Below, piece by piece: positions 10,401 through 20,368 of a DNA stretch of 59,571 nt. The notes under the pieces are model-generated. The model did not search any database, was not told where the DNA came from, and worked only from the letters and a program-made list of their open reading frames with translations. A program made the position numbers and the translations under genes. Each line of letters starts with the position of its first letter. The first letter of the stretch is position 1. The stretch is from positions 1 to 59,571 of the forward strand of contig CAVTCR010000011.1 of the NCBI GenBank assembly GCA_963733195.1. The letters run 5' to 3'. Source of the stretch: an uncultured delta proteobacterium (lineage in GTDB: Bacteria > Desulfobacterota > Binatia > Bin18).

Positions 10401-10904
10401 GTAGCACCTGCCGTCTCAAACAGATGCGCGGTCTTGTCTATCTTGCCCATTTGTTACGCTACCCTCACCACGAGTTCCACTGCTTTGAATTCATCGCCCT
10501 AACCACTAAGGAAGGCCAGGCTGGCGTGACGAGTGACACCGTAGACTCCTGTGCTTGATACCCAAGCCCGCGCGGCCTATCGCCAGCGGCTGACTGATCT
10601 CCAGGAAGAGTTAGAAGAAGCGCAAGGCTTTCACGACTTAGCACGTATCGAGAAATTGCAGCAGGAGATGGATTTTCTCACCCAAGAACTCAGTGCTGCC
10701 TTAGGGTTAGGCGGGCGGACGCGGCAGGTGGCATCTCAGACAGAACGGGCCCGGGTCAACGTCACTAAAGGAATCAAAGCGGCATTGCAAAAGATCGCCG
10801 TGCTCAATCCGGAACTGACGCAGTATCTGACGCGCACGATCAAGACCGGCACGTTTTGCTCGTACACTCCTGTCTGCCGGTTCCCCGTGCAGTGGGAATT
10901 TTAA
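7418..10904 (+). CDS. STAND-type AAA ATPase/TPR transcriptional regulator (frameshift near 10550)
   Basis: FVGRERE, Walker A GEAGIGKT, LDDLHWAD, GNPFF, FSHALIRE; C-terminal FRREGEYW...ERARVNVTKGI domain continues in ORF 10551..10904. Confidence 0.85.
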
Positions 10905-11100
10905 GCCCCCAGCCGGGTGCACCACGGCCTGATGAATTTTGCTGATCATATTCGGTAATCATCCAGTGATGCCAGTTTCTCTCTGCACAGCCACACTGTA
11001 GTGGAGATCCTGGAACCGTACGGGTTGAGCTTGTCGAAGTTCGCCCAGCGCAAAATTCTCCCTCCCACAAAAATTTCTCTTTTTCCTCGTGTTCTCGCTA

Positions 11101-11119
11101 CGAGTCACACTGTGACTCG
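11101..11119. promoter_or_regulatory. Perfect palindrome, candidate operator
   Basis: CGAGTCACA-C-TGTGACTCG in the intergenic region upstream of the secreted-protein gene. Confidence 0.45.
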
Positions 11120-11331
11120 AAAAGTCACGCCTTAGAGATAAAGACACCGCGGTTCTGTACCGCAGAGGAGGCATACATGACGGATGACAATATCTAACAC
11201 AGCGCTGGTGTAGAGGCTGCTTGCGGCGCGGGCGAAGCGATCACCCTTGGGTTCTTCTGCTTCGCACGGGTGGCAAGGGGTACAGCAGAGTCAATCAACT
11301 AGTGAAGAACCCTGATGAGGAGATCCTGATT

Positions 11332-11757
11332 ATGAGCAAGACCTTTAAGAATCGTTTGGCCATCGCCGCTGGGACTATCAGCTTAGTATGGGGAAGCATA
11401 GCAACCGCTGCACCGCTCCCCAATGTCCTGGGCACCTGGACCATTGTCGGCAATCAGCATGTCGGGTCGTTGAGAATCAGCAGCCAAGCTGGTCCCTTAC
11501 CGTGTCAGGCGATCAACGGTACGATCTATCCAGGCACGTCCGTCAGTCACCCCGTGCGCGGTTATTACTGCCCGGCGACCGGTCGAATTGCCTTTGCCCG
11601 CAAAAATACCGCAGGTGTGGTCATTCAGACCTGGGTGGGGAACGTTTCCGATGTGATCGCGAGCGCACCGCATCGCATGGGTGGGACTTTTCATGCGTTA
11701 GATACCGCTGCGGGTTCTGGGATCCTTGGCGAATATCACTTCCAAGGTCAGAAATAG
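11332..11757 (+). CDS. Small secreted beta-rich hypothetical protein
   Basis: GAGGAG RBS; signal peptide MSKTFKNRLAIAAGTISLVWGSIATA-A; two Cys in the mature part. Confidence 0.7.
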   Translation: MSKTFKNRLAIAAGTISLVWGSIATAAPLPNVLGTWTIVGNQHVGSLRISSQAGPLPCQAINGTIYPGTSVSHPVRGYYCPATGRIAFARKNTAGVVIQTWVGNVSDVIASAPHRMGGTFHALDTAAGSGILGEYHFQGQK

Positions 11758-11928
11758 GGCTCTTCGCAGCCCGTTCAAGTCGGGGTTCTCCTTTCGAGCC
11801 ATGCTTGAACGGGCCTCAGCCGAGGAGAAACGGCTCACCCTCACTACCCGCGGGCGCTTTTGCAGAGAACCTGAGACGGCTCCTGACGCAACGCCCGCGG
11901 GATTCTTTATACAGATCGAGTAGAGGCC

Positions 11929-12948
11929 ATGACAAAAAAGTTCTTGATCTCCGTAATCATTTTAGGTGTGTCACTTGGAGTAGGCGCGATGCTTGTCGGC
12001 ATTCGCAACGACATGATTTCTCACCCTGCGCCACCCCGGGAACGGCATCGAGCGACCGCTACCAGCGACATCACCCCGGCAGGTAAACAGAATACCGAGT
12101 CCAGAGCAAAGAATAACCCGCAGCGTAGCCCAACTCCCAAAGATGTCGCCACGAGTGTAGAGCCATCACACCAACCGCGCCCTCATAGTAGCCTAGACGT
12201 TGAAGTCCAGGGTGGCGATGTGACCCTCCGTGTGGAAAACCAATCACTCAAGAAGGTATTGGGGGTCCTGGCTCAGGAGAGCGGCATCCAGATCAACGCG
12301 CAACTCATCGCGGACCGACCCGTGAGCATTCAACTCATCCGCGTCCCATTTGACCGCGCGCTGCAGACCATGCTCGAATTTGAGGACAGCTTTTTTGCAT
12401 TCGCAAATCAGGGAACAGCTAATGTTGCCCTAAAAGCGGTATGGGTGTTACCGGCTGGTACTGGTGAAGCCTGGCTGCCACAAACCTCCACATGCTCTCA
12501 CGAACTATCCGAACTTGAACAGCAACTTACCTCTGCGCAAGCGAGCCAGCGTGCCGAGGCACTCGAAACTCTGATCGATCTTCAGGGCCCCAACGCCTCA
12601 CAAGTCGTTGTACAGGCTCTGGGAGATCAAGATGATGACGTGCGCTATCGAGTCCTGCGAAAGGTGCATGTTACCGGCCTTGCCCTTCCGCCCGAGGTCC
12701 TATCAGACCTCGTCCAGCATGATAGCGCTGAACTGGTTCGCATGATGGCCGTAGAGGTCATTGGTAACCACCCTGCTATTGATGAGCAAGACAAGATTGC
12801 CTTTGCTCGTTACGCTATCAGCGATGTAAGCCCTGCGGTACAAACGCGGGCGAGTGAGATCTTAAGCCACCTTGAGTCCGCGCCTCTAATTCGTGAACAA
12901 GACCAAATGCTATATGACGAAGCAAACCGGGAAATATTTGACGAGTGA
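11929..12948 (+). CDS. Membrane-anchored protein with an STN/secretin-N-like domain and HEAT repeats
   Basis: N-terminal TM helix; VTLRVENQSLKKVLGVLAQESGIQI segment; repeats ALGDQDDDVR, HDSAELVR, SDVSPAVQ. Confidence 0.65.
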   Translation: MTKKFLISVIILGVSLGVGAMLVGIRNDMISHPAPPRERHRATATSDITPAGKQNTESRAKNNPQRSPTPKDVATSVEPSHQPRPHSSLDVEVQGGDVTLRVENQSLKKVLGVLAQESGIQINAQLIADRPVSIQLIRVPFDRALQTMLEFEDSFFAFANQGTANVALKAVWVLPAGTGEAWLPQTSTCSHELSELEQQLTSAQASQRAEALETLIDLQGPNASQVVVQALGDQDDDVRYRVLRKVHVTGLALPPEVLSDLVQHDSAELVRMMAVEVIGNHPAIDEQDKIAFARYAISDVSPAVQTRASEILSHLESAPLIREQDQMLYDEANREIFDE

Positions 12949-13139
12949 TGAAGCAAATTGGAGGCTGGGTCGTGACCCAGCCTCCAGTACTCTGTCCATC
13001 TGAAACTGTAGAATGTATCACGGACAACAGACCGTCAGGCCGCCCTTCAACTGGCTCAGGACAAGTTCTGGCGGGCATCCAGGAAGATGCAGTCCAAACC
13101 TTCGTCATTTTGTCTGGCTTCCCGCTGAGTCTTTGAGCT

Positions 13140-14543
13140 TTACACCGTCGGCTTGATATTCTGGTTGTGGCAGAACAGATTGGTAGGGTCATACTTATTC
13201 TTTAGCGCCACCAGCCGGTCATAGTTCGGCCCATAGGCTGCTTTGATCCGATCTGCTCCCTCCTCTGCCTCCATCCCCATCTGGTTGATATAGGCACGAC
13301 CGGTGGTAAACGGTTGCATCGCCTCTGCTAACTGGCGCGTCCACTTTGCGTTCACTGCATATGCAGCCGGATCAAGCCACATCGACAACATCATCAACTC
13401 ATACCGTGCCTCTCGGTGGCAGAAGGCCATGTCTTCACTCCCAACACGATTCGCGGTATTGCCTAGTTGCTGAAAACCTATCTGCGATAATGGCGAAGGA
13501 ACAGCCGCACAGTAAGTGATGAGTGTATCAATGGCCTCGTCGCTAATGGACTGCATAAAGCTCGACTTCCAATAGTTCTGGCGCCCCGGTAGCACCATGG
13601 AACCAACCAGGCGTTGGATTTCAGTGTAAGGCATGGGACGGATATGATCTTCCAACGGTTGGCCAAATTTTCTCAGAGGCTTCAGGACCTTTTCTCCTGC
13701 GTCAATGTGTCCATTGTAGCAAACAGCGATTACCACCACCGGGGCGCCGTCAGGCAAGGAGGTGAGCAAACAGGCCGTATTCAGTTCATCAGGAATCGTA
13801 CGAGAGAAATCGCCGTAGAACCTAAGGACTTCTCTTGCTTTGGCGAAGGGATACAGTACTGGACCCGCTAACACTGTACTAACAGGGTGAAGGCGATATT
13901 CGAAAGAGGTAACGACGCCAAAATTCCCACCACCGCCGCGTACGCCCCAGAAAAGATCCGGGTTTTCCGTGGCACTGACCGTCAGAAACCGACCATCAGC
14001 AGTCACGAGATCGACAGACAAGAGATTATCACACGCAAGTCCGTATTTCCCCGCCAACCACCCTAAGCCACCGCCCAAGGTGAGACCGGCGATACCTGTG
14101 GTGGAGTCCGTACCGCCGGTGCCGGCAAGACCAAATGCCTGGGTCTCGTGGTCGAAATCTCCCCAAGTAGCTCCGCCTTCGGCACGAGCCGTACATTGCA
14201 CAAGGTCAACATGTACGCTGCGCATGCGCGAAAGGTTGAGCATCAAACCACCCTCACACACGGCGTTACCGGGAACGTTATGCCCGCCACCACGTACCGA
14301 CAGCAGCAGGTTATGAGTGCGAGCAAATTCCACTGTTCTCCTGACATCGGCTATCCCAGCGCAGCAGACGATCAGAGCTGGTCGTTTATCGATCATGGCA
14401 TTCCAGACCTGTCTAGCTCCGTCGTAGCCAGTGTCGTTGGGACACAGTAGCTCGCCTCGCAGCTTTGTTTTAAAGGTTTCGACTACCGCACTCGTAAGTG
14501 TATGCTCTCCTCCGGTTGTTGTTATGATTCGTACGTCTGCCAT
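13140..14543 (-). CDS. FAD-binding oxidoreductase, berberine-bridge (BBE) family
   Basis: RGGGHN FAD-attachment motif, GGGGNFGVVT, LKNKYDPTNLF. Confidence 0.9.
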   Translation of the reverse strand: MADVRIITTTGGEHTLTSAVVETFKTKLRGELLCPNDTGYDGARQVWNAMIDKRPALIVCCAGIADVRRTVEFARTHNLLLSVRGGGHNVPGNAVCEGGLMLNLSRMRSVHVDLVQCTARAEGGATWGDFDHETQAFGLAGTGGTDSTTGIAGLTLGGGLGWLAGKYGLACDNLLSVDLVTADGRFLTVSATENPDLFWGVRGGGGNFGVVTSFEYRLHPVSTVLAGPVLYPFAKAREVLRFYGDFSRTIPDELNTACLLTSLPDGAPVVVIAVCYNGHIDAGEKVLKPLRKFGQPLEDHIRPMPYTEIQRLVGSMVLPGRQNYWKSSFMQSISDEAIDTLITYCAAVPSPLSQIGFQQLGNTANRVGSEDMAFCHREARYELMMLSMWLDPAAYAVNAKWTRQLAEAMQPFTTGRAYINQMGMEAEEGADRIKAAYGPNYDRLVALKNKYDPTNLFCHNQNIKPTV

Positions 14544-14612
14544 GCTGACCTCCTCAGTCTTATCGGGATGAATTGTGTGGTGCGGAGCATAGCCCCGGAT
14601 GGTGACGAAGTC

Positions 14613-14645
14613 TTTTAATTTCCTTGTAATTTCCTTTTAATTTGT
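14613..14645. promoter_or_regulatory. Three 11-bp-period direct repeats, candidate winged-helix regulator binding site
   Basis: TTTTAATTTCC TTGTAATTTCC TTTTAATTTGT between the divergent BBE gene and the wHTH gene fragment. Confidence 0.5.
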
Positions 14646-14672
14646 TTGTGGCTCTGCTAAGAGCGGACCTGT

Positions 14673-14783
14673 ATGTCATCCGTGCAGCAGGTAAACTTTG
14701 CTCATTTTCGCGTAGACCTCGCCAATGAGCAGCTCTGGCGTGAGGGCACCCCCATCCCATTGCGCCGTCAAACCTTTGCCGTG
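14673..14783 (+). pseudogene. N-terminal 37 codons of an OmpR-like winged-helix regulator, cut by IS256
   Basis: MSSVQQVNFAHFRVDLANEQLWREGTPIPLRRQTFAV ends exactly at the IS end. Confidence 0.7.
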
Positions 14784-14949
14784 GGTCAAGTCCCTCGGTT
14801 CCTGTAAACCGAGTTAGGCAGCAGACGCGGCACTTCGGCGGGATGGGGTATGAATTGCTAGTTCGTCCATACTCACTTCCTGTTCGTCCAGCTTGAGGCG
14901 TTCACGTAAGCTACGAATCTGTTGTTGCTCAAACTCACTAAAACACTTC

Positions 14950-15927
14950 GGCTCATGTAACTGATCTGTGCTGGGTAACAAGCCGAGCGATAAATGCGGG
15001 ACTGATGCGTTTGAGATTGATTTTATGTTCACACATGGCCAGATAGCCGTGCAGATATTTTTTGTGGACGCCCCGAAACGGGCGCAGGAAATTGCGTGCG
15101 CTCGTCCACAAGCCTTCAATAGTGTTGGTATGGACCTCCCGGATGCCATCGCCATCATCATCCCGTGCCCATTCTTTCTGGCCGTGACACACCGTGTGGT
15201 GGATCCCGCTTGATGCTGTTGTAGCCTTGCCACTCATCCGTATAACAGGTGGTGTCTTTCTGGGTGTAGCCGTGCACGTGTTTCTGCAACGTCTTCCCAT
15301 CGGTATGCTGGCACACGCGCAACCGGCACTGGCCACTTTCTCGACCGACGGTCCCCACCACGGGCGGGCGATCATTCTCATAGGTGCCGTGCCCTCGTCG
15401 CTTGTTCGCGCGGCGGCGCGGCGGATCGCCGGGTCGCAGTGTTTGTCGCCTTTTTTCCCCCGCGTTCTGAAACATCTCATCGGTTTCTGTCTCGGCGTCC
15501 GGCAACGCCCGGGAGCTTAACATTGTATACCCGTTGGCTTGGAGCCGTTTGCGCCACCGATGCACACATTGGCGCGAGAGCGAGAGTTCTTCAGCTAACA
15601 CCGTCGCCGGTTCGCCTTTGCAAATCCCGCGGACTAACAACACCACACGGCGCGGCGTCTAGATTGCTGCCCGCAAAGAGCGTGCCCGTATAGAGGTTAT
15701 AGGTCCGTTGACAGTGGTGACAGCGGTAATCGACAAAGCCGCGCTTGTGCTGACGAAACTCACGCGCTTCTTCGCGTGTGACGCTCCACAGCCTGGGCAG
15801 CGCAGTCCTTTGGGGTGAAAGTGTTTCTCGACCCACAGCCAGACTTTCCTGCTCATCGAGTAGCTCGGTTATAGGAAAAATCATTGTCCTCTTTTACCAT
15901 AGAACGCACAGATTGATTACATGAGCC
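14950..15927 (-). mobile_element. IS1595-family insertion sequence
   Basis: IRs GGCTCATGTAAnnnATCTGTGC at both ends; direct repeat AAACACTTC at 14941-14949 and 15928-15936. Confidence 0.9.
14953..15884 (-). CDS. IS1595-family transposase (several frameshifts)
   Basis: Zn ribbon CPGC...CHHC, ETDE, YTDEWQGY, HTNTIEGLW, FRGVHKKYL spread over frames. Confidence 0.8.
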
Positions 15928-17217
15928 AAACACTTCTTGCCCCAGCGGTCGCTGACGCGGATCAACACCCCAAAGACCAAGTGCACTAAACTGCCCTCCG
16001 TCCACAGGTGCGGGATGACTTTGGTCCGGCGGCGTTCTTCCACAAAGGCCCGTTCCACCAAATTGGACGTGCGGACATATTGTTGATGGCGTTGCGGGAT
16101 TTCAAGATGATTGAGACTGGCGGGGGCATCATCGAGCAGACAGCGACACAATTCGGGAAACTCCCGTTGGTAGCGCTCAACAATCGCTTCTCGTCGCTGC
16201 TCGGCCTTCTCTCGACTCGGCGCATCGCGCATATCCACGAGTAACGCTTTCACCTCCGGCCAGGCTTGAGCCGGGACTTTTTGTTGGAAGTTTTGCATTT
16301 TGTGGAACCAACAGCGAATCCGTAGCGATTTCGGCCAGACGGCATCAATGGCTTGGGTGAGTCCGAGAGCCCCATCGGTCGTGATCGTGGCCGGTGGCCG
16401 CAGCCCCCGCTTCACGAGTGCGCGTAAGACTTCCCGGCAACTCTCAAAACTCTCACTATTAGTGGTCGAGAGACTCAGCAACACTTTGCGCCCATCCTCA
16501 CAGATCGCCCACACACAGAGCACCCCGGTTTTCTGGCCCCAGCGCCGCAACGGCTCATAGACCGTATCAATGAAGAGGTAGGCGATGGGCTCATTCCTGA
16601 GATCCCGGGTCCGAAACGCTTCGTATTCCTCAGCTAAGCTCTCGGCAATGTCACTGACCGTACGTTTAGAGAGGACAAACTGCCCAACGGCTTGCTCCAA
16701 CCCATACTCAATATCGCGTTGCGACATCCCGCCCACGTACATCTCCACGATGAGCTTCTTGAGTACGTCACTGGTATTCCCCACGGTCTGCCACAACTGC
16801 GAGCGATACGGTTCCGCTCGTCCGCGAATCTGCGGTACTTTCATATGCAATACGCCTTCGCCCGTCTTCAGCGTTCCATTTTCATACCCATTGCGGTAAC
16901 CGACCTTCTCCCCACGCATTTCATACCGCCCGCGCCCTAAGGCGACGGCTTGTTCCTGCTCTAAGGCTTCCTGCAAAATCCGTTCGGTCGATAAGCGCAC
17001 TAAGGCACTCAAGAGTTCGTCTCCACTCTGCCCTTCGGCCTGCCCCTGCAACAAGGTCCGCAGCGCCTGGGCCTTTTGTTCACTCGGTGCTATCTTCTTC
17101 TCCATACGGGAGTCCTCCTTCTCGGTTAAGGTTAATCGTTCTCACAATCCGATTACCTATCCCAGAAATGTCTCCCGTCTACTCCCTCTTCGTTTACAGG
17201 AACCGTACCTCATAACC

Positions 17218-18233
17218 CTTCGGGAAAGCGGATACCGGGCAGCGCCTGCACAGCGAAGATCTCCTGCACCCCGGCCTCAAAGCGCAGAAAGCCCACGGTT
17301 TGTCCGGTCTCAATATGCACCACCCACACCCCACAGGTGCGCTCCTTGTTAGCCGCTCCACCAGCGGAATGCCGCTGAACACCGCGGTCTCACGGACCTG
17401 GGAGAGCCCAATGAAGGCCAGCGGCCCGACAAAATCCAACCCCCGCGTGAACCCCGGCACCTGGGCCACCGTCCGCCAGGTGCCCTGCTGGAGATCAGCA
17501 ATGGCTAGACTGCCGTGGCCGGATTCTAAGAACCACAGCTTGCCCTGATACCAGCGCGGAGAGTGCGGCATGGACAGACCCCGCAGGACAATCTCGTTGG
17601 TCTCGATATCCATCAAGATGCCCCCACTGGCCTTATTGGCGCGCCACCCTCCAGGTGTGTCGGTCTCTCCTAAGGCGGTGACATACTTGGGTCTGCCCTC
17701 GACCAGGCACAGGCCATTGAGATGACAGCGGTCTTCAGGCGCCAGCGCGCTGACAAAGGGGGGCCGCCAGCGGGGGGAGAAGCTGTGGTCGGCATCCAGC
17801 GTACACAGGCAGCAGAAGCGGGTGTTGACCACCCACAATTCGTTGTTCCGGTCATAGGCCATTTCATGAATGTCGATATCGCCCGTGACATGAATACGGC
17901 GGGGGAGATAGCAGGCGTCATGTGTACCCGGCGGGTCCAGTTTCGGGGCCACCGCCGGCATGTTGCGGTAGTCCCACACGGTGTTGGCGCCGCCGATGGT
18001 CAAGCGGGCGCGGTCAGCCGCAATGCCCATGGGTTTGGCAAAGGTGCGGAAGTGGGTGTTGAGGGCGCCGCCGTCGTTGCGCACCACAATGACTTTGCCC
18101 GCTTGGTAGGTAGAGACCACGAGACTGATGTGCAGGCGGTCAAAGAGGGCCGGCAGGTTCGAGTGTGGACGCTGCGCAGGGAAGCGTCTGGAGGGGAAGG
18201 AGGAAAGGGAAGAGAGTCACCGCTGTTACTCAT
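17218..18233 (-). CDS. TIGR03032 (DUF4915) family protein, C-terminus clipped by IS256
   Basis: STYQAGK, TGDIDIHE, EDRCHLNG, GLSMPHSPRW, GFTRGL, IGLSQVRE motifs; frameshifts. Confidence 0.8.
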
Positions 18234-18506
18234 GGCGACACGCACCGCCGCTCAAGGGTGAGCAGCACGGCCCACACGTAGCGCCCGTGATGCGTGGACG
18301 GTGTTCGCCGTGGCGGGAACTGGGCGAGGTGTAGACCCAAATTTCCCATAGAAGCATCACTTCGTCCTCAATAGAGACAGGTGTCTATCGCGAACGCGAC
18401 TCTACAGCTAACTCGACAATATTGTCAACGAAATTGCGGGAGCGCGAATTCGACGCTGACCATGTGTTCAAGAGGTCGTGGTTGCACTCTCGGTGAGCCC
18501 TGATGT

Positions 18507-19254
18507 TTGTTCAGCAGTTCCTTCCCTGCCACACGGGCCCGCAGCAAGCGTCGTCAGACGCATGCGCGCCCGTTAGGAGCGACGCTGGCGGCTGAAGGAA
18601 CAGGAGAAGCTGAGGAGGGCGAAGAGAGGAGGACAACAACACGACGGGTTCCCTTAGCTCGCCTGTACTATGTCTTCAACGTTCAACAATGCGAACTGCC
18701 TGAGCGCTTACTCCCCTTCTTGCAAGTGAACAATGCTCTTGGCAGTGATACTCACCAGCAGATTGCTGCCTGTGAGCAGATCCTTGTCCACATGCCCAAC
18801 CGTCCGCCGATCGAACATAGCGAAGCACGTGCATATTACACGCCGGTCCAGGACACCGTCAATATGCCCGCCCGTGGGCACTTCCCCAAAATAGAGCATT
18901 ACTACTCCGTGCTGTTACATCAACTGACGCATAGCACGGGCCACTGGCATCGGTTGCACCGGCAGACCCTCACGGATCTCTGCCCCTTTGGACACGAACT
19001 ACAGCAAGGAAGAACTGGTTGCTGAGATGGGCGCGGCCTTCCTCTGTGGCGTTGCCGGGATTGCCAATGAGACAGTAGATAACAGTGCGGCCTACATTCA
19101 GAGCTGGCTGACAAAACTCAAGAACGATACCCGGCTGATCATCCTGGCCGCAGCCCAAGCGCAAAAGGCCGCGGATTATATCTTGGGGAAAGAGCGCGAA
19201 GAGACGAAACTAGGCTTGACTAAGACTGTTACCAATGGTAACGTACCCTTATGA
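18507..19254 (+). pseudogene. ArdC-like antirestriction protein, zincin-like (MPTase) domain remnant
   Basis: YYVFNVQQC, AYY.P..D.VNMP, YYSVLLHQLTHSTGH (HExxH degenerate), YSKEELVAEMGAAFLC, SAAYIQSWL; N-terminus missing. Confidence 0.75.
19216..19250 (+). promoter_or_regulatory. Sigma70-like promoter with overlapping palindromic operator; leaderless start of the XRE gene
   Basis: TTGACT-17 nt-TAACGT, ATG 6 nt later; GTTACC-AAT-GGTAAC at 19228-19242. Confidence 0.6.
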
Positions 19255-19453
19255 CTGGTGATGAACTCAAATAACTTCGTACGAGGCTAGGGAATGACAC
19301 AGGATGAACTCGGGCAACGGTTGGGAGTCGCACGGGTGAACCGTTGCCCGCTGGGAGATCGGCTTACGCCGTGTTCCAGAATTGGCAGCCAGACTCGTGC
19401 AATACGTGGCAAAGGAGGTGAGAGCAGAACAGAAGAAACGAAAGAAAACGTAG
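19251..19453 (+). pseudogene. XRE-family helix-turn-helix regulator (stop/frameshifts)
   Basis: Reconstructs to MTGDELK*LRTRLGMTQDELGQRLGVARVTVARWEIGLRRVP... Confidence 0.7.
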
Positions 19454-19566
19454 GCCGAAGCGGCCACCCACGGTGTTACCAACACCATGACCGGCCTAGC
19501 GACTCTCAGCACAGCGGGTACTGATAGCCGTTACGGTATTACTAACGCGCCGGAAGGAATCCGGCA

Positions 19567-20039
19567 ATGACACAGTCTAATTCACATTCGTCTCTGGTGT
19601 TACAATCTTGCAGCAGGTCTCCGCTGACCGCCTCCAGCGAGCCGTCTGCGCGCTTGCCGATGGCAGCCTAACTGTGACCCTCACTCGCCAATCGGAGGCT
19701 GAGATTCGCGCCCTGGTGAAGAATGGCGAAGGGAAAGAGTACGGCGTCACGCTCACCGAGGCTAGAGTGTTCTATGCAAAGATGCGCTTTATCGCGGTGG
19801 CATCTGTAAACACGCGCTACGTTGGCGCTGGCAGTCCTGCGCGGAGAGATGAAAGAGGCACAGAGCACGCTCACGATTCACTTGATGTGGCGCGATGGGA
19901 TTGTGCTCTGTGGTGTGAGCTCCTCACACGAGTGGATCTGGCCCTGGACCGAGTACATGCTGACCTGGCCGGAAGTCTGCCCAGCCTGTGTAGCGGACTT
20001 ACAAACAGCCGCAAGACGGCAATGGCAAAAGCAGCGTAA
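19567..20039 (+). CDS. SWIM zinc-finger-like protein (frameshifted)
   Basis: EYGVTLT followed, across an indel, by C-KD...GICKH. Confidence 0.5.
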
Positions 20040-20052
20040 GGGAGGGGCGGCG

Positions 20053-20235
20053 ATGTATCAACCAGCACTGCGGCCCGACCAGATCACACGGCTCTACTAC
20101 CTCAAGCTGCAACGAAGGAAACCGATGACCCGACTCCTTCGTGAGGCAGTCGATCAATATCTGCAAGCCCACGCCGAGGAACTTGAACAGCTTGTGAAAG
20201 AGACGGAGGCAAATTTTCCGACGCGGAAACGATAA
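20053..20235 (+). CDS. Small ribbon-helix-helix-like DNA-binding protein
   Basis: GGAGG RBS; LYYLKLQRRKPMTRLLREAVDQYL. Confidence 0.6.
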   Translation: MYQPALRPDQITRLYYLKLQRRKPMTRLLREAVDQYLQAHAEELEQLVKETEANFPTRKR

Positions 20236-20245
20236 CAGCAACGCG

Positions 20246-20274
20246 GCTGGAGGGAGCGAAACCCTCCAGCTTTT
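20246..20274 (+). terminator. Intrinsic terminator upstream of the integrase
   Basis: GCTGGAGGG-7 nt-CCCTCCAGC followed by TTTT. Confidence 0.6.
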
Positions 20275-20368
20275 ACCGAAAGGAGGCACCCCGAATGGCC
20301 GTCAAAGTCAAACAACACAAAGGCAAGTGGTGGTCGATGAAGATCCACTACGGAAAGGAGAAGTAAGC

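Larger units (their letters stand above)
14814..17105 (-). pseudogene. IS256 (mutator) transposase, interrupted near its C-terminus
   Basis: GYRNGY, YLFID, ITTDG, RCWFH, RTSNLVER; reading ...WGKKC|FSEFEQ...AASAA is restored when 14950..15936 is removed. Confidence 0.85.
14784..17217 (-). mobile_element. IS256-family insertion sequence (interrupted by IS1595)
   Basis: Imperfect terminal IRs GGTCAAGTCCCTCGGTTCCTGTAAAC / GGTTATGAGGTACGGTTCCTGTAAAC; mutator-type transposase; no target duplication. Confidence 0.85.

Noticed and set aside
11388-12086. Long alternative-frame or antisense ORFs (e.g. 11388..12086, 2300..3007, 20453..21142, 41216..41902)
   Set aside because: Shadows of well-supported genes, with no motifs of their own.
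11015-13070. GTTGAGCTTGTCGAA and CCCTTCAACTGGCTCAGG motifs and the 11769-11814 hairpin as possible ncRNA
   Set aside because: More consistent with degenerate copies of common REP-like palindromic repeats; no ncRNA family recognised.
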